From an uncultured Muribaculaceae bacterium (GTDB taxonomy: Bacteria; Bacillota_I; Bacilli_A; RF39; UBA660): 58,391 nucleotides of DNA. The stretch lies in contig CAZEMQ010000001.1 of NCBI GenBank assembly GCA_964513435.1, forward strand, positions 71,883 through 130,273. The letters are read 5' to 3'. The notes under the pieces are model-generated. The model did not search any database and had not been told where the DNA came from. It was given only the letters and a program-made list of their open reading frames with translations. Position numbers and translations under genes: made by a program. How positions within the stretch are numbered: position 1 is the stretch's first letter; each line of letters begins with the position of its first letter. Positions 49,788 through 57,282 of the stretch are shown in pieces.

Positions 49788-49968
49788 ACCCTGTGTTCAT
49801 AGCGTACATAAACGTATCAAGAAGTTCTTTCTCTTTCTTCAACATTTTATATACACCTTCATGTTTTGTATGATCTTTATCATCAGATATACTCATGAAT
49901 ACATTCTCTTGAATAGCAAACAAGCTAGACCAGCTAGCATCAGCACGGAATGTAGTCATGTAATTACG
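49788..49968 (-). CDS. putative major capsid protein, exon 8
   Basis: Follows the P9 hairpin cttatatgaaaatataag and ..tattttttG|CGT AAT TAC. 181 nt encoding RNYMTTFRADASWSSLFAIQENVFMSISDDKDHTKHEGVYKMLKKEKELLDTFMYAMNTG plus 1 nt. Corresponds to track ORF 49783..49971 without its TTG start and its TGA. Confidence 0.65.
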
Positions 49969-51362
49969 CAAAAAATACTTATATTTTCATATAAGATTAG
50001 ACTATATTTTTAATTTTCCTAATGAAATTTAAATACATAACCTGCTGTAGTATTTGCTAATCCCCTAAGTACTCTATTTATACAAGATACTTTAGCATTA
50101 AACTCCTTTGCAGATTGTTGTACTGAATCACAAGTTTTAATAAAATTTCCAAGTTTATCATACACATCAACTTTCTTTTTACGGTTTTTATTTACAACAG
50201 GTTCTATCTTGTCAAATTTTTCTAATTTAATTTGATAATCCTTGTATAAACCATTTCTTCTATTAATTACATCATGTACAGAGCTATTAGATTTGACATT
50301 CATAAATTTCATCAATTCTTTTATATCTTTAAATTCCTAAAGATATTCTCCTGATAACGTATATAAATAAAATTTTTTATTTTTTAAAGACTACTTTGGT
50401 TTAGGTTTAAACTCGTCATATAATTTAAAAGAATAATAATATGATTTATTAACTAAATTAAATCCTTGAATTGCAGTTATTAAACTAGAAGTAGTCATTT
50501 CTTCATATTTTGCAGCTTCTGTAAGTGAAGCAAACTCCTATAATAATTTTCCATTTTTATTATATTTATATACTTTCTTTTTAGGAGTATGTTTTGAAAA
50601 ATTCTGAACGTCTATTGATTTATCTCTACTCCAATAATATCCAAATAAAGTTTCTCTAAAATGTATAGCATTTTTTACAGCTTGTTCAGAGCAATTGAAA
50701 AACTATATAACGTCAGAATCGTGTTCCCATTCTTTAAGTAAATTTCCTTCTAAATCGAATTGATTAACGGGTAAATCACACCTATACTCTGCTCCTCCTT
50801 CAATCATATTGTAATTTGTATCTAACTGTATAAATTCTCTAGTTACTAATTCCTTTTCTTTTAAGAGAGCTTCTTCTCTTGTATCGTAAATATACAAAAT
50901 ACTTCTAGAAAATTTATCAGTTCCGTATTTTTTAACTGCATACTAAAAAGCCGTTTTTGGTTTCATGTACGATGATGGTTGATTTATGTATACATTACAT
51001 CCTATATAACCATCAAATTTATTTGGATCTATCGTTCCATGAACTCCGATGTAAATTTTATTATTAACTATGTTTGTTGTACAATATACTATATATTTCA
51101 TATAAAATTATCCTCTCTTTCGGTTAATTACCTACCTATATTAATATTTAGTCGTTGAACTTTATACAATCTATCGTAATTTACGATCCTCGTATTGTAC
51201 TTTAGCTGCTGATTGTCACATAATAACAATTTTTCAAACATTCACGTCTATCTTTACAAATTACGTTGTAGTATTGTTATCTTTATGATATTTTAGCAAT
51301 TTAAAGGATTTGTTTAGAAAGCATTTTAAGCTGCTTTCAAAGAGACACCGTAATTTATTAAA
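49969..51362 (-). mobile_element. group I intron F carrying a GIY-YIG ORF
   Basis: P1: exon AGAGACAU (51370-51363) pairs with IGS GUGUCUCU (8 bp, ending in U.G). Core: aaattgct with an extended P5 insertion, gacaatcagcagc, gttcaacgactaa. The ORF follows, then aatatagtctaa (49996-50008). Confidence 0.7.
50010..51101 (-). CDS. GIY-YIG homing endonuclease (363 aa if the last TAG is read through) with 5-6 in-frame TAG
   Basis: ATG 51101. Track ORFs 50703..50897 and 50019..50315 are in frame. 1092 nt to TAA 50012-50010, the same length as paralogue 54203..55294. If the TAG at 50021-50019 terminates instead, the protein is 360 aa. Confidence 0.75.
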
Positions 51363-51404
51363 TGTCTCTCTACCTGAGACTAAAATTTACTATAGCCCTC
51401 TTCC
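51363..51404 (-). CDS. putative major capsid protein, exon 7
   Basis: Follows ..attagagtaaacG|GAA GAG GGC; the same taaacG ending is seen in intron 4749..5112. 42 nt encoding EEGYSKF-TAG-SQVERH. Confidence 0.5.
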
Positions 51405-52734
51405 GTTTACTCTAATATTTCTATCAGGACTGACTATATCATTAACTTTTTAACTTAAATACTTATATGAATAACCTTTTTGTGTTTTATTTGTACCATT
51501 AAGTACTTTCCATACAGAAGTACCGTTCTCTTTTTCTGCTGCTGTCGCAGATTCGTATATTTTTATTAAATTTCCTTGTAAATCATACTTTCCAACGCTT
51601 CTCTTTTCATTTTTCTTTTTACAAGCGTATTTCGGCAATTCTTCTAAACTCCATAAAAATCCGCCTTTACATGTAGACTTTTGTTTTAAAGATTTAGATA
51701 TATTTGAAGTTGGATTATCACGTTCAGCTTCTATTTGAGAATTATATTTTTGAATAAATTTTCCTGTTTCACCATTATATTTACAAATAGATCTTCCTTC
51801 AACATATCTTAGTCTAGCTTTAGAATAATTGTCGTCTTTTACTTCACAAAAATAATATTTGTCTTTATAAAGTATTCCAAATATTCTACAGTTTTTAATA
51901 GTAATTATATTAATTTTTAAAGTTTTACTAGCTTGTGTTTGATTATCAAATTCATACAACAAAGTACCCTCTTTGGAATATACGTATATGGGAATCTGAT
52001 GATTCAAACCTAAATTATAAGTACTAATGTCTAATTTATCAAATTTAAAATTAGTCCATAAATAATTTTTTCCTTTAGTCTTTAAAGCGATAGCATGATT
52101 TATTAATGAATGATGACAATTCATTTCTACAGATGCTTCTTTTATACTACTATATTCTTTAATGAAATTTCCTTCTAAATCATATTGATAACAAGGAACT
52201 ACAATATAAAAATTATCATCAATTCCTCCTAAAATCATGTTATATACATCATCTCTTGCAAGAAATTCTTCATTTACAAGTTCTCTTTCTAAGTTAGATG
52301 CTTCTTCTAAACTATTAAAAACCGCTAATGTTTTTCTTCTGAAGTTTTTAGGTCCATATTTCTTTACAGCAAACTGAAAATGAGTTTTAGGATAGTTGTA
52401 GGTATTCGGTTGAGTAACTAAAACTCCACATCCAATATACCCATCGAATACTTCAGGATTTATAGTTTTATGTACTCCAATGTATATTTTTCCATTAATT
52501 AAATTTGTTGTTTCATAAACTATATACTTCATATTTATTTAAATTTTAAAGTTATTTACCATTTCCATTATAAAATAATGTACGCCTTGCGGCTAGTCGA
52601 TGAACTCCTATAAAGTACTGTCTCATATCAAACTAGTTACTAAATAAAAGCTGCTGATTACCATATATTTCTACTTAGGCTTCCAGCAATTAAGTAAATT
52701 TGCTAAGCAACTCACGCTGCTAAGATCCGAATTG
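51405..52734 (-). mobile_element. group I intron E carrying a GIY-YIG ORF
   Basis: P1: exon CUGAGU (52740-52735) pairs with IGS GCUUAG (one internal G.U, ending in U.G). Core: ttaattgctggaagcc, ggtaatcagcagc, gttcatcgactagcc. The ORF follows, then gatatagtcag (51430-51441). Confidence 0.6.
51450..52532 (-). CDS. GIY-YIG homing endonuclease (360 aa), TAG-free
   Basis: Intact track ORF: MKYIVYETTNLINGKIYIGVHKTINPEVFDGYIGCG...YNMILGG, plus C-terminal repeat modules. Confidence 0.9.
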   Translation of the reverse strand: MKYIVYETTNLINGKIYIGVHKTINPEVFDGYIGCGVLVTQPNTYNYPKTHFQFAVKKYGPKNFRRKTLAVFNSLEEASNLERELVNEEFLARDDVYNMILGGIDDNFYIVVPCYQYDLEGNFIKEYSSIKEASVEMNCHHSLINHAIALKTKGKNYLWTNFKFDKLDISTYNLGLNHQIPIYVYSKEGTLLYEFDNQTQASKTLKINIITIKNCRIFGILYKDKYYFCEVKDDNYSKARLRYVEGRSICKYNGETGKFIQKYNSQIEAERDNPTSNISKSLKQKSTCKGGFLWSLEELPKYACKKKNEKRSVGKYDLQGNLIKIYESATAAEKENGTSVWKVLNGTNKTQKGYSYKYLS

Positions 52735-52782
52735 ACTCAGATAATTCAGGCATAGCGACCGATTGGAACGTACAGGTGTCAC
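52735..52782 (-). CDS. putative major capsid protein, exon 6
   Basis: 48 nt encoding VTPVRSNRSLCLNYLS if the 3' splice site is ..aagtagccaG|GTG. The alternative ..aagtaG|C (52786) together with the alternative start of exon 5 (54156) also keeps the frame. More GC-rich than the flanks. Confidence 0.4.
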
Positions 52783-54118
52783 CTGGCTACTTAAATAATA
52801 TTTATTTAAAGACTATATCATTAACCTATGTTTTAGGTCAATACTCGCTTCAATCTATTATTTTAAATACATATCCTTTATGTGTTTTATACTTTTCTTG
52901 AATACAATGTGCAACACCTCTTCCCCATACTTTAGAACAAGCATTTAATGATGGGTAAGTATCAAGTAAATTCCCATCTAAATCGTATCTCCCAATTTTT
53001 TTTCGTTTGTTTTTAGGAGGTGCATTATATATTTCTAATTTATCTAAACTCCACATAAAACCATTATCATCAACTTTTTTATTTTTAATAAACTTAGTTA
53101 TATTACTATAAGGATTTGCTTTTTCTGCTTCTAACTGTGTATTATATCCTTCTATAAAATTACCATTATAATCATATTTATAAACAGGTCTGTTTTTAAT
53201 ATAGATAGAATTTGCAATATCATAAGAATCAGCTTCAACAAATGAACATATGTACATATCTTTTATTATATGTCCAAATCTAGCAGATGTTCCAACATCT
53301 AGACTTACATTTAATCCCATAAATTGAGCAGCTTTTGTTAAACTGTCACAAGTCTTTATAAACTTTTTAGTATGGGAATCATAAATAGAAACTTGTATTG
53401 GTTTATTTCTTTCTGTATTACTATAACCTTCTAATTGAAGTTTATTTACTTTAAAATTTGTCCAATAACAGTTTTTAATTTTTATATTATATATTATAGC
53501 TTCTCTAATCGAATTAGGATTACAATGTACAGATTTGGCAGCTTCTTTAATACTCTCATATTCTGTAATAAAATTTCCTTCTAAATCATATTGATATGTA
53601 ATGATACTTCTATACTCCTGAAGCTCTCCGCCTATAACCATATTATATACATCATATCTACTTAAAAATTCCTCATTAACTAAATGTTCTTCTTCTTTAT
53701 AAGCGGCTTCTGCTGTATTAAAAACGGCAAGAGTTTCTCTTTTAAAATTTTTAATTCCAAATTCTCTTACTGCCTGTTGCATTTTGGTTTTACCTTTTTG
53801 ATAAGTGTATGGTTTATAAATCCATATCCCATTACCTAAATAACCATCAAATTCATAAGGTTTATCTGTTTTATGTACTCCTATGTAAATATAACCGTTT
53901 ATTAAATTAGTAGTTTTATAAATTATGTATTTACTCATAATAAATTTACTCCTTTCGGATAGTCGTTGAACGTTATTTTAAATTTAATTTAAAAGAATTG
54001 CTTCCGTGTTAAAATTTTAGTTTAAAATCTTCGCTGCTGATTACCTTTAGGGCTTCCCAGCAATTCAAGTATTTGTTTGTATAGTTATTACTAACTATAG
54101 GATGCTAGTTTTTGGTTA
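52783..54118 (-). mobile_element. group I intron D carrying a GIY-YIG ORF
   Basis: P1: exon GGAUGU (54124-54119) pairs with IGS GCAUCC (ending in U.G). GNRA hairpin ATAGTTAgtaaTAACTAT. Core: gaattgctgggaagccc, ggtaatcagcagc, gttcaacgactatcc. The ORF follows, then gatatagtcttt (52810-52821). Confidence 0.6.
52850..53938 (-). CDS. GIY-YIG homing endonuclease (362 aa), TAG-free
   Basis: Intact track ORF: MSKYIIYKTTNLINGYIYIGVHKTDKPYEFDGYLGNG...YNMVIGG, plus C-terminal repeat modules. Confidence 0.9.
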   Translation of the reverse strand: MSKYIIYKTTNLINGYIYIGVHKTDKPYEFDGYLGNGIWIYKPYTYQKGKTKMQQAVREFGIKNFKRETLAVFNTAEAAYKEEEHLVNEEFLSRYDVYNMVIGGELQEYRSIITYQYDLEGNFITEYESIKEAAKSVHCNPNSIREAIIYNIKIKNCYWTNFKVNKLQLEGYSNTERNKPIQVSIYDSHTKKFIKTCDSLTKAAQFMGLNVSLDVGTSARFGHIIKDMYICSFVEADSYDIANSIYIKNRPVYKYDYNGNFIEGYNTQLEAEKANPYSNITKFIKNKKVDDNGFMWSLDKLEIYNAPPKNKRKKIGRYDLDGNLLDTYPSLNACSKVWGRGVAHCIQEKYKTHKGYVFKIID

Positions 54119-54169
54119 ACATCCGTCAACATCAAGAATGGTATCGTAGTTATTATCAATTAAACGAAC
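54119..54169 (-). CDS. putative major capsid protein, exon 5
   Basis: 51 nt encoding VRLIDNNYDTILDVDGC if the 3' splice site is ..gggaaatataG|GTT. The alternative ..gtttaattG|ATA (54156) is frame-compatible only when paired with the alternative start of exon 6. Confidence 0.4.
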
Positions 54170-55443
54170 CTATATTTCCCAATAATCCATAAATAGACTA
54201 TATCACTTATTATATTTAAATATATAATCTCCAAAATATCTATCACCTTGTTGAATATTTTTAATTTTAGATGAAGGAACTTTATATTTTTCTCTAACTT
54301 CTTTAATCGAATTTAAAGTTTCTATAAAGTTTCCATATTTATCGTAAATGTTTATTGTAATTCCTCTACCTATTCGTTTGTTTGGAACTTTTTCAACAGG
54401 TTTTATGGAAATATAAAAGTCTTTATACCAGCCATTATTATTATAAATTATATGGTTCATATAATCCCATGAATACAAATTTATAACATTCATAATTTCT
54501 TTGCCTTTGTACTGTCCTATATAAACATTATCAACGGTATATACATAAAATACCTCTGACATATAATTTCTTCTTGGCTTTGGGATAAACTAGTCTATTA
54601 ATTTATTAGAAACATAATACTACTTCTTAATAAGTTTCTAATATTTAATTGCACGACTTAATTCTCCAGTATCATAATTTATATATCTAGCACATTCTGT
54701 TTGTGATATAAATTCTTTTAATAATTTTCCATCTTTATTGTATAAATATATAGTATTAGTAATATTTTTGTTAGAATATTCACTAATATCAATTGTAGGA
54801 GATGTTGACCAATAAGAATCTAAAAACGCACACTTATTTCTTTTTGGACCATCAAATCTTGATCTAGGATAACCATAAAATTCATAGCAATCTTCCGAAA
54901 TATCCCATTTTTTAATTAAATTTCCATCGTAATCAAATTGATATAAAGGTTTATATCGTTCTTCGTATTCTCCTCCTAATGTCACGTTATAAGTGTAACT
55001 TTGTGTTATAAATTCTTCAGTTACAATTTCACGTTCTTTGTCGTATGCTTCTTTTGCTGTATCGTAAATAAATAAAGTAGTTCTTTCAAAAGCATCAACT
55101 CCATATTTTTTAACAGCATACTAAAAAGGAGATTTTGGATATTTATAAGTACTAGGCTATTGAATCTTTACTCCACATCCAATATATCCATCAAAAATAC
55201 TTGGATTTTCTGTTTTATGTACTCCTATGTAGATTCTATTAATTCCATTAATTTTAGATTTCTTATTTATAGTCAAGTATACAATATATTTCATAATAAT
55301 TCAGTTTTTCAATTATTAAATAATCTACACCTCACGGTTAGTCGTTGAACGCTGTTGTCATCACAACCACGCTGCTGATTACTAATTAGTTTCCAGCAAT
55401 TTAAAGAATTTATTTTAAAACGAGACAATTAATTGGGATTTTC
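54170..55443 (-). mobile_element. group I intron C carrying a GIY-YIG ORF
   Basis: P1: exon AAACGAGAU (ends at 55444) pairs with IGS GUCUCGUUU (9 bp, ending in U.G). Core: aaattgctggaaac, gtaatcagcagc, hairpin gttgtgatgacaac, gttcaacgactaacc. The ORF follows; its TGA overlaps the P7 3' strand (TGAtatagtcta, 54196-54205). Confidence 0.65.
54203..55294 (-). CDS. GIY-YIG homing endonuclease (363 aa) with five in-frame TAG
   Basis: ATG 55294 to TGA 54205-54203 = 1092 nt. Merges track ORFs 54638..54985 and 54203..54562 (same frame) with an N-terminal part hidden by TAG codons at 55159-55157 and 55123-55121. MKYIVYLTINKKSKINGINRIYIGVHKTENPSIFDGYIGCG...YNVTLGG. Confidence 0.75.
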
Positions 55444-55566
55444 ATCTCGTTTCCGAATTGGTCTTGACACACATTGACATTGTTGTTTGGTTTTATCAAT
55501 TCTAAAGATGTCATACTTCTGGAAGTAGTTCTCTTTAAACGCCATTGTTATTTCTGATCCGTTTTC
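55444..55566 (-). CDS. putative major capsid protein, exon 4
   Basis: Follows ..aagataacataattG|GAA AAC GGA. 123 nt = 41 codons encoding ENGSEITMAFKENYFQKYDIFRIDKTKQQCQCVSRPIRKRD. The 3' end is set by the 9-bp P1 of intron C. A splice site 6 nt downstream (..GAAAAU|) is a weaker in-frame alternative. Confidence 0.55.
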
Positions 55567-56490
55567 CAATTATGTTATCTTACGGGCTTTTTATCCCATA
55601 ATTCTTATACTTTACCATTGTATAAGTTCAGCATATATTTTCATCCTTTAAAGGATGTTGAGTACTCGTGGAAATATTATTTCAATTTCTATGCGTTACA
55701 ATAAATAATATTTTGGAAATTTATAATTCATTGATGGAATTAAATTATAATATTTGTCTAAGAATTCCATTATTTTTAAAGTACCTTTTGTTGAAATATA
55801 AGGTCTATAACCATAATTAGGTCTATCTTCATACTTATAATGCTTATACATACGAAATTCTACTTCGAAGATTTGATTAAATTTATTAGTAATTTTTATT
55901 AATTCTTCTAAAGAAAAACTTTCTAAACATAGAGTAATTCTAAATTGAGTTGGAATTCCTTGTTTATTATATTTAATTCTTAAACATCCATCATCTAAAT
56001 ACATTAATAAAAAAGTAAATTCTGTGAATTTATTAATATATTCGTCAGGAACTATTTTTATACGTTTATTATTTTTAGTAATATAAAGATCTTCTCTTAA
56101 TTGAGTTATCCAGTCTGTTCTATTTGTACTTAATCTATATAATAAATACGTTTTATCTTTTGTAGTTTTATTATGTGGTTTAATTGTACATTTACAGTCT
56201 GGCAGCAATTCAAAAAGTTCTTTTTTGAATTGTAGATAATCTAAATTCTTACTAGTATGAGTAATTTCACAGGAAGAACGACCTTTTGGAGTTCTCTGTT
56301 TGTTAATAGATCCGTCTGCTAATATTGTTCCTAATAATGCAGATTTTATTTCAAATTCGTTATTAAATAATTCTTTTAAGTTCATAGACTTTCTATTTTA
56401 TATCAAAAATATTATTTATCTCGGTATTATCCTTTAAATTTTTGGAGGACTTCACCGATTTTACTCAATTCAATACGTTATTACTAACGT
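55567..56490 (-). mobile_element. group I intron B2 (variant P7 subclass) carrying a LAGLIDADG ORF
   Basis: Starts with a GUAA-capped hairpin ACGTTAgtaaTAACGT, then ttgaattgag and TCGGT..ACCGA. The ORF follows; its TAA lies inside the P7 5' strand (ttgTAAcgcatag). Then P8 catcctttaaaggatg, P7 3' strand atatatgctgaac (55626-55638), P9 hairpins and ataacataattG. Confidence 0.6.
55696..56385 (-). CDS. LAGLIDADG homing endonuclease (229 aa), TAG-free
   Basis: Intact track ORF with two LAGLIDADG-type motifs (SALLGTILADGSI and FLLMYLDDGCL). Confidence 0.85.
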   Translation of the reverse strand: MNLKELFNNEFEIKSALLGTILADGSINKQRTPKGRSSCEITHTSKNLDYLQFKKELFELLPDCKCTIKPHNKTTKDKTYLLYRLSTNRTDWITQLREDLYITKNNKRIKIVPDEYINKFTEFTFLLMYLDDGCLRIKYNKQGIPTQFRITLCLESFSLEELIKITNKFNQIFEVEFRMYKHYKYEDRPNYGYRPYISTKGTLKIMEFLDKYYNLIPSMNYKFPKYYLL

Positions 56491-56559
56491 AAGGGGCGAA
56501 TTTTCACCCGTTTCAGCAGGAACTTCTGCGAATTCTACGTGTTTGATGTTATTTGTCTC
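56491..56559 (-). CDS. putative major capsid protein, exon 3 (69-nt micro-exon between two introns)
   Basis: Lies between a complete standard intron core (B1) and a complete variant core (B2). Reads ETNNIKHVEFAEVPAETGENSPL in phase 0 and is more GC-rich than the flanks. The start could instead be 56556. Skipping this exon would also keep the frame, so it needs RNA evidence. Confidence 0.5.
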
Positions 56560-56769
56560 CGAATTTAGACTATATCATTTACTATGATTTAATATTTGTA
56601 ATTAAATATACAATATATTTCATAATAATTCAGTTTTTCAATTATTAAAAAAATAATTTACAGATTTCTCCTAGTCGTTGAACGCTGTTGTCATCACAAC
56701 CACGCTGCTGATTATTTTATAAACTCCCAGCAATTTAAAGAATTTAACGAGATCAAGACATAATTATTC
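56560..56769 (-). mobile_element. group I intron B1, ORF-less derivative with a GIY-YIG remnant (210 nt)
   Basis: P1: exon GAGGUU (56775-56770) pairs with IGS GAUCUC (one internal G.U, ending in U.G). The core from the P3 strand through the hairpin gttgtgatgacaac and gttcaacgacta closely resembles that of intron C. It keeps only ATGAAATATATTGTATATTTAATTACAAAT.. (MKYIVYLITN..) of the endonuclease gene before gatatagtctaa (56566-56577). Confidence 0.6.
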
Positions 56770-56961
56770 AACCTCCCATTCAAACACCATTGAACTACTC
56801 GAAATATCAAATTTACTAGGTGTTTCTCCTTTGTAAAAGACATTTCTCAAACCATCTGTGATGAAATTTAAAGTGTTATCAGTGTACATTCTGGCTACAA
56901 CACCAAAGCGATACGGTTTAACGCCAATATACTTACTCCAATCTTCAACTGTTTTTGTGTC
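56770..56961 (-). CDS. putative major capsid protein, exon 2
   Basis: Follows ..aagataacattttG|GAC ACA AAA. 192 nt = 64 codons encoding DTKTVEDWSKYIGVKPYRFGVVARMYTDNTLNFITDGLRNVFYKGETPSKFDISSSSMVFEWEV. Corresponds to track ORF 56764..56964 without its TTG start and its last 2 codons. Confidence 0.65.
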
Positions 56962-57215
56962 CAAAATGTTATCTTATAGGCTTTTTATCCTATAAATCAT
57001 ACAATTTATCATTTTGTATGGTCAGACTATATTTTACTTATAATAGTTCCTGTTTTCGTGTTAATATTATTGGTAGACTCCTCAATTATTAGTCGTTGAA
57101 CCTTTCTTCTTACCTTTATGTCATTCAGAAGATTTGGCTGCTGATTATCCCATAGTTAGTTGCCATAATGATGGACTTCCAGCAATTTACAGGATTTTAT
57201 ATGGGCAACACGTTC
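56962..57215 (-). mobile_element. group I intron A, ORF-less (254 nt)
   Basis: P1: AUGGGU (57221-57216) pairs with IGS GCCCAU (57206-57201), 6 bp ending in U.G. Core: aaattgcttggaagtcc, gggataatcagcagcc, gttcaacgactaa (57103-57092), atatagtctgacc (57033-57021). Two P9 hairpins (atacaa..ttgtat and atagg..cctat). Confidence 0.75.
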
Positions 57216-57221
57216 ACCCAT
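57216..57221 (-). CDS. putative major capsid protein, exon 1 (ATG GGT only)
   Basis: ATG GGT is the only start that is both in phase with exon 2 and ends at the P1-defined splice site. An in-frame TTG 45 nt upstream (57266-57264) would give a 51-nt exon 1 instead. Confidence 0.45.
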
Positions 57222-57282
57222 AGTGGGTATTCTACTTGTAAAACTTGCAACTAACATATTCTTTCAATAAATAAAAATTAAA

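Noticed and set aside
344-55348. All plus-strand track ORFs (for example 344..565, 1014..1214, 7310..7531, 8144..8407, 14151..14408, 23375..23677, 25641..25832, 29713..29952, 36335..36583, 37647..37898, 43104..43304, 48861..49073, 55160..55348)
   Set aside because: Each lies antisense to a long, frame-consistent minus-strand gene. They have low-complexity, Ile/Leu/Phe-rich AT-biased translations and no recognisable motifs or start contexts. They are shadow ORFs.
55567-56769. Treating 55567..56769 as one large intron (my first reading)
   Set aside because: The interval contains two complete and different ribozyme cores, each with its own P3-P7 and P7 3' strand. The 69-nt GC-richer segment between them is open in phase 0. 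Two tandem introns with a micro-exon is more parsimonious, although exon skipping would also keep the frame, so RNA data are needed.
47790-57190. Regularly spaced conserved blocks (tagtcgttgaac .. gctgctgatt .. ccagcaatt) recurring every 0.3-1.4 kb, which could be mistaken for a CRISPR-like or satellite repeat array
   Set aside because: The blocks are the P7, P6/P4 and P3 strands of group I intron cores. The intervening sequences are endonuclease genes and exons, not short unique spacers, and the spacing is irregular.
45110-57240. Small GC-rich structured segments considered as candidate tRNA (including suppressor tRNA) genes
   Set aside because: I could fold none of them into a cloverleaf with an anticodon arm. 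They are accounted for as intron cores, P9 hairpins, exons or terminators. I found no tRNA, rRNA or CRISPR element by eye.
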